This document shows positions 1 to 10,236 of a DNA stretch of 64,000 nt, piece after piece. The translations under genes and the position numbers were made by a program. The notes below the pieces were generated by a model. The model had not been told where the DNA came from. It did not search any database and saw only the letters and a list, made by a program, of their open reading frames with translations. Origin of the DNA: Gammaproteobacteria bacterium (GTDB taxonomy: Bacteria; Pseudomonadota; Gammaproteobacteria; Chromatiales; Chromatiaceae); the NCBI GenBank assembly GCA_020445415.1, contig JAGRGP010000030.1, forward strand, positions 14,111 through 78,110. Direction: 5' to 3'. The first letter of the stretch is position 1. Each line of letters starts with the position of its first letter.

Positions 1-996
1 CTGCAACATCCTACGCTCTGGACTCCACCAGTATCCGTTGTATACCAGCGCGGCATAGCGGGGCATCATCTCATCTTTCAGGTGCGCCGACTCTCGGTCC
101 AGAGTGAGGGACTCCATGGCTCGATGGGCCTTGAGCAAGATAGTTCCTCCTGGTGTCTCGTAACATCCTCGAGACTTCATGCCAACGTAGCGGTTCTCGA
201 CGATATCGTCCCTGCCGATTCCATTCTCCCCACCGATGCGGTTCAGGGTCTCTAGCAGCGCCGCGGGGCTCATCTCTTCCCCGTCGAGGGCAAAAACGTC
301 GCCTTTACGGAAGCCGATCTCCAAGTATGTGGGGCGATCCGGTGCCTGTTCCGGAGAAACCGTCCAACGCCACATATCCGGCGCAGGCTCATTCCACGGA
401 TCCTCCAGATCGTAACCCTCATACGATATATGCAATAAGTTGGCATCCATCGAGTAAGGAGATCTGCCACCCTGGCGTTTCAGCTCCACCGGTATCCCGT
501 GCCGTTCCGCGTAAGCCATCAGTTTCTCCCGGGACAACAGATCCCACTCCCGCCAAGGAGCAATGATCTTTACATCCGGCATCAAGGCATAGGCTCCCAA
601 TTCAAAGCGTACCTGATCGTTTCCCTTGCCCGTGGCGCCATGGGCGATCGCATCAGCGCCAGTCTCGCTGGCGATTTCTACCAGTCGCTTGGCGATCAAT
701 GGCCGGGCAATGGAGGTACCCAACAAATACTCGCCTTCATAAACCGCGTTGGCGCGGAACATCGGGAAAACGAAATCCCTGACGAACTCTTCGCGCAGAT
801 CTTCAATATAAATCTCCTTGACGCCCGCCGCCGTTGCCTTCGCCCGAGCGGGCTCAACCTCGCCGCCCTGGCCGATATCGGCGGTGAAGGTTACCACCTC
901 ACAGTGATAGTGATCCTCCAGCCATTTCAGAATGATGGAGGTATCCAACCCGCCGGAATAGGCGAGCACGACTTTTTTGACTTCGGACACAGGCAT
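1..996 (-). CDS. argG: argininosuccinate synthase (N-terminal part; C-terminus runs off the left edge)
   Basis: Not in the ORF track because there is no stop in the window. Reverse complement from the ATG at 996 reads [41 protein letters not shown] is the ArgG ATP-binding signature. A GGAG lies about 10 nt upstream. Confidence 0.9.
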   Translation of the reverse strand, partial: MPVSEVKKVVLAYSGGLDTSIILKWLEDHYHCEVVTFTADIGQGGEVEPARAKATAAGVKEIYIEDLREEFVRDFVFPMFRANAVYEGEYLLGTSIARPLIAKRLVEIASETGADAIAHGATGKGNDQVRFELGAYALMPDVKIIAPWREWDLLSREKLMAYAERHGIPVELKRQGGRSPYSMDANLLHISYEGYDLEDPWNEPAPDMWRWTVSPEQAPDRPTYLEIGFRKGDVFALDGEEMSPAALLETLNRIGGENGIGRDDIVENRYVGMKSRGCYETPGGTILLKAHRAMESLTLDRESAHLKDEMMPRYAALVYNGYWWSPERRMLQ

Positions 997-1221
997 GAGG
1001 AGGACTCCAGATAACTGTCATTGGCCGCTTCGAAAAACGTGGCCGGATGTTGGGTATAAAAGCGCTGAATATAGCAGAGCCGGCAGCTAACCAACAGGCG
1101 AAACACGAGCCGCTTTGGCTCTATTAGGGGCGGACACTTCAGCAACAATCCCTAAGCGAACGGCAGGGGGGTGGCCGAGCGGGGCGAGACTCGGAACTTG
1201 CCTTCCGGAAATGGTTCGAGG

Positions 1222-2907
1222 CTAGCGGCGTTGATGCCACCAGGCGTTGACGATCGCCGCCACATCCAAGTCTTGTATCCCCTCCCGCCAATGCCGGTAA
1301 AAATCGATATCGTTGCTGTTGGGAGCCGGATCGGGAGGGAAAAACCTAAACCGCGTGGGGATCGGCAGTGCCTCCCCCATCGCCATCGCCTCACCCCGTC
1401 CCAAGGATGAAAGAATATTGACCAATCCAGACTCGGCATCCGGTACCAAACCCCGAATGTACTCCTGATCGTCGGGATTGGTAACGCGCAGGCAAATGTA
1501 GTTTCCGCATTGTGCCAGTACGGTCTCCGATAACTCGTGGGGACGCTGACTGACCACTGCCAGACCAACCCCGTATTTACGTCCCTCTTTGGCAATCCGT
1601 TCCATGGAGCGCCTGGTGCCCTCGAACTGAGTCCCTTGATCGCGGGGGATGTAGGCATGGGCCTCTTCACAAACCAGCAGAATCGGGAATTCCCGAGCCT
1701 GGGGATTCCAGTAATTGAACTCGAAAGCCAGCCGGCCGATCTGGGCGGAGACGGTGGGGCGCACATCAAATGGCACCGCGCTAAAATCAATCACGGTAAT
1801 CTGGCGACGGGGTGATCTCAGCCCCACGAAATCCCGCAGCAAATCTTCTAGGGTAGCGGACGAAACCCGCCGTTTGGGTTTGAACAAAAAATCGTAGCGG
1901 ACATCGTTGAACCGGGCCTGCATCTTTATCAGGAACTCATCAAACTGACCATACAGAGCCCCCTTGACCTTGCCAAAATCGGTGACCTGTTCGTTAGCCT
2001 CCTTGAATTGCTGATACAACGAGCCAAGAGGGAAATACACCGGAGAATCGATAGATATGTCGATACCCTGCATATCCTCGTTCGCCTTCTGGCGCAAGGC
2101 CAGCAGTACCTCCCGGAGAAATGCCATCTGGGTCGAGGCCTTGTCATCGGCCCGGTCAATCAACAAATCGACCAGCTCGGCATAAGTCAATAGCCAATAC
2201 GGGATCTCCAGATCCCTGGCGTCGACGTACCGGTAAACATCTTCGTGAAAGGCGGCATGCCGCTTGCCGTGCTGATCCCGCCAGCAATATTCTCCATGCA
2301 TGTCAAGCAGGATGATATGGGCGTTCGGCATAGTGGCCACTGCCCGTTGCAACATGCTGGCCACTCCCCAGGACTTACCCGACCCCGATTGGCCAAGAAT
2401 CGCCAGATGTCGAGCGAACAGGGTAGAGGGATCCAGAAATACGCTGACATTGGGCATCGCGGGGAGACAGCCCAGTTCATACTCCTTGGTTCGGAATCTG
2501 CGAAAGAGCGCCGCCAGCTCATCCTTACGCACCAGGTGAACCTCCGCACCCGGCGTAGGATAATGAATTACCCCGCGCTGAAAAACCGTGTTCTTGTCCA
2601 GCTCCCCGAGCGGCATCAACTCGATTGTCCCTCTTTGAGCCGACTGCTGTGAACTACCGCCCGACACCTGATTCGGTGCGCTTAATGCCAAGGGGCGCGC
2701 TTCCAGTTTGGCGCCCAGTATCATGGCAACCACCCTGGTGGAACCTTGGCGGATAACGACATAGGCACCCACCTGGCCGACCGCGACCGGCCGTCCTTCA
2801 AACTCGATTATCGGAAAGCCTCCGCCCCCCACCGACAGCGCGGCGGTCATACGATTGTCACCAACTTCTACGATTCTCCCTATCAATAGCGTCGCAACAG
2901 CACCCAT
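1222..2907 (-). CDS. HerA/DUF87-family P-loop ATPase (FtsK-HerA superfamily)
   Basis: The ORF runs 1222..3048 from a TTG. Preferred start is ATG 2907, preceded by a GGGGAGAG SD 5 nt upstream. Walker A is ILGQSGSGKSWG and the Walker B-like motif is HIILLDMHGEY. The C-terminal part VVSQRPHELSETVLAQCGNYICLRVTNPDD is typical of HerA. Confidence 0.75.
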   Translation of the reverse strand: MGAVATLLIGRIVEVGDNRMTAALSVGGGGFPIIEFEGRPVAVGQVGAYVVIRQGSTRVVAMILGAKLEARPLALSAPNQVSGGSSQQSAQRGTIELMPLGELDKNTVFQRGVIHYPTPGAEVHLVRKDELAALFRRFRTKEYELGCLPAMPNVSVFLDPSTLFARHLAILGQSGSGKSWGVASMLQRAVATMPNAHIILLDMHGEYCWRDQHGKRHAAFHEDVYRYVDARDLEIPYWLLTYAELVDLLIDRADDKASTQMAFLREVLLALRQKANEDMQGIDISIDSPVYFPLGSLYQQFKEANEQVTDFGKVKGALYGQFDEFLIKMQARFNDVRYDFLFKPKRRVSSATLEDLLRDFVGLRSPRRQITVIDFSAVPFDVRPTVSAQIGRLAFEFNYWNPQAREFPILLVCEEAHAYIPRDQGTQFEGTRRSMERIAKEGRKYGVGLAVVSQRPHELSETVLAQCGNYICLRVTNPDDQEYIRGLVPDAESGLVNILSSLGRGEAMAMGEALPIPTRFRFFPPDPAPNSNDIDFYRHWREGIQDLDVAAIVNAWWHQRR

Positions 2908-3069
2908 CTCATCTCTCCCCTTCAGCCGAAACGGCCGGACAATCGAAATCAAGCGAAGGCTATCATACTCTGTAAATCCAGGACCGCAGCGCAGAACCGC
3001 TTGGCCATCGCATCCCAAAGTAACATGGACCCGCGCCTGCTCTCCCAATCCCCGTCGGGACTTGCGGCG

Positions 3070-3873
3070 CTAGGAGGTACGCGAAAGACCTATAGCACTG
3101 TCTAAAAAGGTATTCAGCGCGGCACGGAACTCGACCGGTCTTTCCGCGTAGACCCAGTGCCCCGCACCCGGAATGCTACGTACCCTGGCAAGCGGGAATC
3201 GCTGTCTGATAATGGGGAGGTAAGCGGGTTTGAGGTACTCTGAAACGCCACCATGCAGAAAAAGGGCAGGTCCCGGAAACTGCATTGACGGCGAGATGTC
3301 GGGAAAACCTGTGATCCTGTTGATAGCCTGCATTAACACCTGTAGGTTGAAGCGCCACCCCCAGCTACCGTCATGATTCACCAGATTTTGCAGCAGATAC
3401 TGGCGCAACGCCGGATCCGTCAGGAATCCCGCCAAATGGCCATCCGCTTGGGCACGGCCTGAGATCCGCCCCAAATCCACCGCATTAAGCGCCTGAAAGA
3501 TGTTATCAAACTCATGGCTGTAGGCTACCGGCGCAATATCTACCGCCACTAAGGCGCCAACCAGCTCGGGGCGCACCAAGGCCAGCCACATTGCTACCTT
3601 TCCGCCCATGCTATGGCCGATAAGCAGTGCTGAATCAAGCCCTTGCTCATCAATAAACGAGGCAACATCGTTTGCCATCAAAGGATAATCCATGGCCTCA
3701 GCATGGGGAGAGCGCCCGTGATTACGAAGATCCGGTACCAGAACGTGGAAGCGCTCTTCAAGGCCGCGTGCCACCGTCTGCCAATTAGCCGCGGAACCGA
3801 ACAATCCGTGCAAAAAAATCAGCGTGGGACGCCGTTCACGATAAGTTCCGAACTCCCGGAAATACAACTTCAC
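3070..3873 (-). CDS. alpha/beta-fold hydrolase (YbfF-like esterase)
   Basis: 267 aa with a GTG start. Motifs: oxyanion LIFLHGLFGS, nucleophile elbow GHSMGG, C-terminal GAGHWV histidine motif. Confidence 0.8.
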   Translation of the reverse strand: MKLYFREFGTYRERRPTLIFLHGLFGSAANWQTVARGLEERFHVLVPDLRNHGRSPHAEAMDYPLMANDVASFIDEQGLDSALLIGHSMGGKVAMWLALVRPELVGALVAVDIAPVAYSHEFDNIFQALNAVDLGRISGRAQADGHLAGFLTDPALRQYLLQNLVNHDGSWGWRFNLQVLMQAINRITGFPDISPSMQFPGPALFLHGGVSEYLKPAYLPIIRQRFPLARVRSIPGAGHWVYAERPVEFRAALNTFLDSAIGLSRTS

Positions 3874-3946
3874 GGATGACCAGCCCAGCCGTCGCTATCC
3901 TTATCGGGCAGGGGCAAAGACCGGTTCGGCACGGCCTATCTACACC

Positions 3947-5383
3947 TCACTTGCGCTTCTTTGGGGGTATTAGATCGGTAATCGTCCCCTCGGCCATTTC
4001 CGCTGCCATACAAAGCGTTTCGTTAAGGGTGGGATGGGGATGTATCGTCAACCCGATATCCTCGGCATCGGCCCCCATTTCCAACGCCAATACGGCCTCG
4101 CCAATCAGCTCACCCGCATTGACTCCCACGATACCCGCTCCAAGGATTCGCTTTGTTTCGGGATCGAACAATAGTTTGGTCATCCCTTCATCCCGACCAA
4201 TTCCCAGCGCTCGACCGGAGGCCGCCCAGGGAAATACCCCCTTCTCGTACCCTATACCCTTAGCCTTGGCTTCCGTCTCCGTGAGTCCCATCCACGCGAT
4301 CTCTGGATCCGTATACGCCACTGACGGAATACTCAGCGGATCGAATAGGGAAGGCTGGCCTGCGATCACCTCCGCCGCTACCTTACCCTCGTGGGTCGCC
4401 TTGTGGGCCAGCATCGGATTACCCACCACGTCGCCTATCGCGTAGATATTCGGGACATTGGTGCGCATGTGTTGATCGACCGGGATAAATCCCCGGTCAT
4501 CCACCTTGATACCGGCGTTTTCCGCGCCGATCAATTTCCCGTTCGGCACTCGGCCCACGGCAATCAGAACCTTGTCATACAATTCCGGTTTGTCCGGCGC
4601 ATGCTTACCTTCGAAGAAGACCTTGAGGCCGTTTTTCTGGGCCTTGATCTCGGTAACCTTGGTCTCCAACATAATGCGGGAAACCTGCTTGTCCAGCCGT
4701 TTTCGCAGTGGGCGTACCAGGTCTGGGTCACATCCCGGGATCAGATTAGGCATCAGTTCTACCACATCAATTTCGCTGCCTAAGGTGCTGTAGACGGTAC
4801 ACATCTCCAACCCGATGATCCCACCCCCTACAACCAGCAGCTTTTTCGGTATCTCCTCGAGCATGAGTGCGCCGGTAGAATTGATCAGCCGAGGATCGTC
4901 ATGGGGAAACCCGGGTATCTCTACCGGGCGGGATCCACAAGCGATGATGGCACTGTCGAACCCGATATTGACCTTGCCTCGATCGGTCTCCACGACCAAT
5001 CGGCTGGGTGTCTCGAATTGGGCCCAACCCTGCACCACGGTTATTCCACGCTGTTTGGCCATGCCGGACAGCCCCTGGGTCAGCCGGGCGACCACCTTGT
5101 CCTTACCTTCTCGCATGCGTTCCAGATCAATCTTCGGTTTGCCGAATTCGATCCCCATGTGGGCCATCTCCGCCGCTTCATTGACGACTTCAGCGGCATG
5201 CAAAAGCGCTTTGGAAGGGATACAGCCTACATTCAAGCAGACTCCGCCTAGGGTGGAATACCGTTCGACCAGTACCGTTTTCTTACCCAGATCCGCGGCG
5301 CGAAACGCTGCCGTGTAACCCCCAGGACCCGCGCCAAGGACCACCACCTCCGCCTGAATATCTGTACTTTCGAGATTACTCAT
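3947..5383 (-). CDS. lpdA: dihydrolipoyl dehydrogenase (E3)
   Basis: 478 aa. FAD fold VLGAGPGGY, redox disulfide GGVCLNVGCIPSK, C-terminal HPHPTL. Sits downstream of aceE-aceF. Confidence 0.97.
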   Translation of the reverse strand: MSNLESTDIQAEVVVLGAGPGGYTAAFRAADLGKKTVLVERYSTLGGVCLNVGCIPSKALLHAAEVVNEAAEMAHMGIEFGKPKIDLERMREGKDKVVARLTQGLSGMAKQRGITVVQGWAQFETPSRLVVETDRGKVNIGFDSAIIACGSRPVEIPGFPHDDPRLINSTGALMLEEIPKKLLVVGGGIIGLEMCTVYSTLGSEIDVVELMPNLIPGCDPDLVRPLRKRLDKQVSRIMLETKVTEIKAQKNGLKVFFEGKHAPDKPELYDKVLIAVGRVPNGKLIGAENAGIKVDDRGFIPVDQHMRTNVPNIYAIGDVVGNPMLAHKATHEGKVAAEVIAGQPSLFDPLSIPSVAYTDPEIAWMGLTETEAKAKGIGYEKGVFPWAASGRALGIGRDEGMTKLLFDPETKRILGAGIVGVNAGELIGEAVLALEMGADAEDIGLTIHPHPTLNETLCMAAEMAEGTITDLIPPKKRK

Positions 5384-5548
5384 ACCCCACCTTTGATTAT
5401 GTTCAACGTATGCATAAGGATTCCGCTCGAACCGGCACTAAACACCAAAGCTTATCCTATAAGCGGATTAAATTGAATTATCCGGTTGACTCCAATTCCT
5501 CCGTGCCGAAAGAGCCGGATGGCACCCGGGTATCCGTTTGCATACGGT

Positions 5549-7228
5549 TCACAACAGCAGCCGCCGGATATCCGCAAGTATACCCGCCAAGGCGCTAGTG
5601 AAGCGCGCTGCCTGAGCGCCGTCTATTACCCGGTGATCGTAGGACAGAGATAGCGGCAGCATCAGCCGGGGTTGGAACTGCGTTCCATCCCAGACCGGTT
5701 TGAGTACCGACTTGGAGACTCCCAGGATAGCAACCTCGGGCGCGTTGACAATGGGAGTGAAGGCAGTGCCACCTATTCCACCCAGGCTTGAGATAGAGAA
5801 ACACCCGCCTTGCATATCCCCCGGCAACAGCTTCCCCCCACGGGCCTTCTCGCTGACCTGCATCAATTCTCCAGCCAGATCGAAAATGCCCTTTTTATCC
5901 ACATCCCTTATCACCGGCACCACCAGACCATTTGGCGTATCCACCGCCACGCCGATGTGGAAGTACTTTTTGAGAATCAAGTGCCCTTGATCGGCACTCA
6001 ACGAGCTGTTGAAATCCGGAAACCCCCGCAGTGCACCGACGCACGCCTTCATGAGAAACGGCATAAAGGTGAGTCGGATATCCTGCTTTGCCGCTGCCGG
6101 TTGTTGCGCTTTTCTGAAGGCTTCGAGCGACGTGATATCGGCCTCCTCAAACTGGGTCACGTGGGGAACGTTCAACCAGCAAGCAGTAAGATGGGCGCCA
6201 CTGAGTTTTTTGATCCGGCTTAGAGGCCGCTCTTCGACCTCGCCAAATCGAGCATAATCCACTACCGGGACCGCGGGCAGTTGCAAGGGTCCGGCTGCCA
6301 CCGCCGAGCCACCCTCCCGCAGCGCCTGCTTGACGAACCCATGGATGTCGTCCTTGGTAATACGCTGCTTGGGACCGCTGCCAGTGACCTGCTCCAGCGG
6401 CACCCCCAGCTCCCGGGCAAAGCGCCGCACCGCCGGGCTGGCATGTGGTTTGCGACCCGGGGCATCCGAGGGCCGCGTGAGAACCGGCGGTCGCCTGGAT
6501 TCCTTGTCACCGGCATGCCGGCCAGCGCTGCTGGAATGGGGAGCCTCGATAGGGCTGGGAGCGGGTGCCTGCACCGATTCCGCCTCCTCCGCGGATACTT
6601 CCGGCGGTCCGCCGGATTTAGCCGGAGAGGCGAGCTCTTGAACCTCCAGGGTAAGCAACAAGTTGCCCTCGCTCACCCGGTCCCCGATCTTGACCGCGAG
6701 CGACTTCACCTCGCCCGCGTAGGGAGAAGGTATCTCCATGGATGCCTTGTCGCTCTCCAGGGTCACCAAAGAAGTGTCAACGTCTACCCGATCACCCGCG
6801 GCTACCAGAATCTCGATGACTTCTACACCCTCGAAGTCACCGATGTCGGGCACCATTACCTCCTTGGCTACCAACGCTCCGCCCTGAGGGATCTCGGTGT
6901 TGTCCGGTGGGCTATCATCGGCAGTCGGCACCGGCTCTGCACCCGCCACGGCCGAGACCGCTTGGGGATCCTCTGCTTGCGCACCGTCGTCGACGCTGAC
7001 GGTCAACAACAGGCTTCCCTCGCTTACCCGGTCTCCCACCTTGACACTCACCGACTGCACCTCGCCCGCGACAGGAGAGGGGATCTCCATGGAGGCCTTA
7101 TCGCTTTCCAGGGTCACCAAGGAGGACTCCACCTCGATCCGGTCGCCGGGCGTGACCAGTATCTCGATCACTTCCACACCCTCGAAGTCACCGATGTCGG
7201 GAACCAAAACACGTTTCTCAATCGCCAC
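5549..7228 (-). CDS. aceF: dihydrolipoamide acetyltransferase (E2) with two lipoyl domains
   Basis: 559 aa, GTG start with a GGAGGA SD. Contains two LESDKASMEIPSP lipoyl-lysine motifs, an E3-binding segment ASPAVRRFARELGV and the catalytic motif DHRVIDG. Confidence 0.97.
   Translation of the reverse strand: MAIEKRVLVPDIGDFEGVEVIEILVTPGDRIEVESSLVTLESDKASMEIPSPVAGEVQSVSVKVGDRVSEGSLLLTVSVDDGAQAEDPQAVSAVAGAEPVPTADDSPPDNTEIPQGGALVAKEVMVPDIGDFEGVEVIEILVAAGDRVDVDTSLVTLESDKASMEIPSPYAGEVKSLAVKIGDRVSEGNLLLTLEVQELASPAKSGGPPEVSAEEAESVQAPAPSPIEAPHSSSAGRHAGDKESRRPPVLTRPSDAPGRKPHASPAVRRFARELGVPLEQVTGSGPKQRITKDDIHGFVKQALREGGSAVAAGPLQLPAVPVVDYARFGEVEERPLSRIKKLSGAHLTACWLNVPHVTQFEEADITSLEAFRKAQQPAAAKQDIRLTFMPFLMKACVGALRGFPDFNSSLSADQGHLILKKYFHIGVAVDTPNGLVVPVIRDVDKKGIFDLAGELMQVSEKARGGKLLPGDMQGGCFSISSLGGIGGTAFTPIVNAPEVAILGVSKSVLKPVWDGTQFQPRLMLPLSLSYDHRVIDGAQAARFTSALAGILADIRRLLL
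6647..7210 (-). repeat. intragenic tandem duplication encoding the two lipoyl domains of AceF (period 351 nt)
   Basis: Residues 7-77 and 124-194 are near-identical. The exact 23-mer ccctcgaagtcaccgatgtcggg occurs at 6828..6850 and again at 7179..7201. Confidence 0.9.
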
Positions 7229-7242
7229 GCTCTATCCTCCGG

Positions 7243-9891
7243 TCAGACCTTGGTCGGGATCGGTTTATCCGGATCAATCCGGTATTTTTTGATCGCCTCA
7301 CCTACCAGAGACGTTTCCACCTCACCCGCTTCGGCGAGCGCCGACAACGCAGCCAATGCAACGTAGTATCTGTTTACTTCAAAAAACTTGCGCAGCTGTG
7401 CCCGGGTATCGCTCCTGCCAAAGCCATCGGTGCCAAGCACCTTGTATTTTCTGGGGATAAAGGCACGCAACTGATTGGCATAGGCGCGCACATAATCCGT
7501 AGCGGCGATTACCGGCCCGTTGAAGCCTTCCAACGACTGTTGCACAAAACTCTCCCGGGGGGGTTCTTGGGGATGGAGCATATTCCAGCGCTCCACCTCC
7601 TGACCGTCCCGAGCCAGCTCATTGAAGCTGGTAACACTCCAAACATCCGACGAAATTCCAAAGTCACGGTCCAACAGCTCGCCGGCCGCCACTACTTCAC
7701 GCAGGATGGCGCCACTACCCATGAGCTGGACCCGCTTCTTCTTGCGTCCTCCCTTCTTGAAAAGGTAGAGCCCCTTCAAGATTCCCTGCTCCGCTCCCTT
7801 GGGAAGAGCCGGTTGAGGATAGTTCTCGTTCATCACGGTGATGTAGTAAAAGATATTCTCCTGCTCCTGAAACATTCTGCGGATACCATCCTGCACGATA
7901 ACCGCCAGCTCGTAGGCAAAGGCGGGGTCGTAGGAGACACAGTTGGGTATGGTGCCTGCCTGCAGATGGCTATGGCCATCCTGGTGCTGCAACCCCTCTC
8001 CCGCTAGGGTAGTCCGTCCGGCAGTACCACCAAGCAGAAAGCCCCTGGCCTGCATATCTCCCGCCGCCCAAGCCAAGTCGCCGATACGCTGAAAACCGAA
8101 CATGGAATAATAGATATAGAAAGGGATCATGCTGATCCCATGATTACTGTAGGAGGTGGCCGCCGCGATCCAAGAGGACATCGCGCCCGCTTCATTGATA
8201 CCCTCCTGGAGAATCTGGCCCTTCTTATCTTCCCGGTAGTACATCACCTGATCGGCGTCCACCGGTTGATACAACTGCCCCACCGACGAGTAGATTCCTA
8301 GCTGCCTGAACATTCCTTCCATCCCAAAAGTGCGTGCCTCGTCGGGGATGATGGGTACCACATATCGACCAATCTTTTTGTCCCGCACCAAGGCGGTGAG
8401 CAGCCTTACAAAGGCCATGGTGGTCGACATCTCCTTGTCTCCGCTACCCTCCAACAGCACCTCGAAGCTTTCCAGCGGTGGCGCCTCGAGTGCTGGAGCA
8501 TCGTCGTAACGACGCGGCAGGGAGCCGCCGAGCCGCTCACGACACGCCATAAGGTAGGCCATTTCCGGGCTATCGGCCGCCGGCTTAAAGAACGGAGTTT
8601 CGTTGAGCCGTTCATCGGGGATCGGAATATTGAAACGATCCCGAAACGCCCGCAAGGCGACCTCCCCCATCTTCTTTTGAGAGTGCGTTATATTCTGGCC
8701 TTCGCCCGCCGCTCCCATGCCATAGCCCTTTACCGTTTTGGCCAAAATCACCGTGGGCTGTCCTTGGTGTTCCATTGCCGCGGCGTAAGCGGCGTATACC
8801 TTGTGAGGGTCGTGGCCACCACGGTTGAGCCGCCAGATATCCTCGTCGGTCATCGTTGCTACCATTTCGGCCAATTCGGGATACTTGCCGAAGAAGTGTT
8901 CTCGAGTATAGGCACCGCCTTTAGCCTTGTAGGTCTGGTAGTCCCCATCAACACATTCTTCCATCCGTTTCAGTAGCAGCCCCTTGTTGTCCCGCGCTAG
9001 CAACGGATCCCAGTATCCCCCCCAAATCACCTTGATCACGTTCCATCCAGCCCCCCGGAAGTCCCCTTCCAGTTCCTGGATGATCTTTCCGTTTCCCCGC
9101 ACCGGTCCATCCAATCGCTGTAAATTGCAATTGACTACAAATACTAGATTGTCCAGCCGCTCCCGCCCCGCGAGGGAGATCGACCCCAGGGATTCCGGTT
9201 CATCCATCTCCCCGTCTCCCATAAATGCCCACACCTTGCGATTACCGGTCTTAACCAGACCCCGGTCATCGAGATATCGCATGAATCTCGCCTGGTAGAT
9301 CGCCATCAAGGGGCCAAGTCCCATGGATACCGTTGGGAACTGCCAGAATCCCGGCATCAACCACGGATGGGGATAGGAGGAGAGCCCCTCGGCATCCACC
9401 TCTTGCCGGAAGTTATAGAGCTGTTCCTCGCTGATTCTGCCCTCGAGGAATGCCCGCGCATATATCCCCGGCGCTGAATGACCTTGGAAAAACACCAAAT
9501 CCGCATCCTGGGAGGGGCTTCTGGCTCGAAAAAAATGGTTAAGCCCGATATCAAACAACGTGGCAGCCGAAGCAAAACTGGAGATATGACCACCCAGCTC
9601 CGAGGAAAACCGGTTGGCCTGCACCACCATCGCCATGGCGTTCCAACGAATGAACGATCGAATTCGCCGTTCCATGGAACGGTCTCCTGGAAAGCGTTTC
9701 TGTTGTGTAACCGGTATCGTATTGAGATACGCCGTTGTGGCGCTGTACGGCAAATGGGTACCAGAACGTCGCGCCTTGTCAATAAGGCGTTCGAGCAGAT
9801 AGTGAGCACGGTCCGGACCTTCGTTTTCAAGAACGGACTCCAGGGCATCCAACCACTCCTGCGTCTCTTGGGGATCGATATCAGGCTTCAT
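7243..9891 (-). CDS. aceE: pyruvate dehydrogenase E1 component (homodimeric type)
   Basis: 882 aa. Begins MKPDIDPQETQEWLDALESVLENEGPDRAHYLL and carries the ThDP motif GDGEMDEPES. Immediately upstream of aceF. Confidence 0.97.
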   Translation of the reverse strand: MKPDIDPQETQEWLDALESVLENEGPDRAHYLLERLIDKARRSGTHLPYSATTAYLNTIPVTQQKRFPGDRSMERRIRSFIRWNAMAMVVQANRFSSELGGHISSFASAATLFDIGLNHFFRARSPSQDADLVFFQGHSAPGIYARAFLEGRISEEQLYNFRQEVDAEGLSSYPHPWLMPGFWQFPTVSMGLGPLMAIYQARFMRYLDDRGLVKTGNRKVWAFMGDGEMDEPESLGSISLAGRERLDNLVFVVNCNLQRLDGPVRGNGKIIQELEGDFRGAGWNVIKVIWGGYWDPLLARDNKGLLLKRMEECVDGDYQTYKAKGGAYTREHFFGKYPELAEMVATMTDEDIWRLNRGGHDPHKVYAAYAAAMEHQGQPTVILAKTVKGYGMGAAGEGQNITHSQKKMGEVALRAFRDRFNIPIPDERLNETPFFKPAADSPEMAYLMACRERLGGSLPRRYDDAPALEAPPLESFEVLLEGSGDKEMSTTMAFVRLLTALVRDKKIGRYVVPIIPDEARTFGMEGMFRQLGIYSSVGQLYQPVDADQVMYYREDKKGQILQEGINEAGAMSSWIAAATSYSNHGISMIPFYIYYSMFGFQRIGDLAWAAGDMQARGFLLGGTAGRTTLAGEGLQHQDGHSHLQAGTIPNCVSYDPAFAYELAVIVQDGIRRMFQEQENIFYYITVMNENYPQPALPKGAEQGILKGLYLFKKGGRKKKRVQLMGSGAILREVVAAGELLDRDFGISSDVWSVTSFNELARDGQEVERWNMLHPQEPPRESFVQQSLEGFNGPVIAATDYVRAYANQLRAFIPRKYKVLGTDGFGRSDTRAQLRKFFEVNRYYVALAALSALAEAGEVETSLVGEAIKKYRIDPDKPIPTKV

Positions 9892-10161
9892 TTCTGTCAG
9901 CTCTCTCCGGGAAAACGACCATAATGGCGAACAACCGCCCTCTCCAATTTCTTCACTGAAAAGGGAAGATTATTGCGAATTGCAATTCTTTGTATTGATT
10001 TATCAAATATACAAGCTTTCCATTCCTCAAGCCACACGCAACCTCCATTGTAGACGAACACCGAGGATCCGGATAAAGGAGGACCTTCCCGCTGACGGGA
10101 AAGGAACTTTATTCAGGAAATATTAGGAAAAATCCCTGCTTTGCACCGGAATACCAGCGAC

Positions 10162-10195
10162 AAAAAAACCGCCTGTGGAAATCTCCCACAGGCGG
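10162..10195 (-). terminator. rho-independent terminator of the 10237..10917 gene
   Basis: 10-bp stem ccgcctgtgg (10169..10178) pairs with ccacaggcgg (10186..10195) across a 7-nt loop. On the minus-strand transcript it is followed by U7 (A-run 10162..10168). Confidence 0.8.
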
Positions 10196-10236
10196 CTTCT
10201 GGTCGAATTTTAAAAATCCGGTTTCCGGGAAGGATG

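Noticed and set aside
997-1221. A NurA-like or other nuclease partner, or an ARG box, between the HerA gene and argG.
   Set aside because: The only ORF here (927..1148, -) overlaps the argG start and looks random. A partial ATTCAG...TTTATA similarity to ARG boxes is too weak to call.
6281-7366. 361-aa ORF on the + strand. Similar long ORFs occur at 3876..4445, 4815..5318, 7540..8007, 9478..9924, 41081..41587 and 60121..60891.
   Set aside because: All lie antisense to, or out of frame with, strongly recognisable conserved genes (aceF, lpdA, aceE, ltaE, the acyl-CoA synthetase). Their Arg/Gly/Pro/Ser-rich composition is typical of shadow ORFs in moderately GC-rich DNA.
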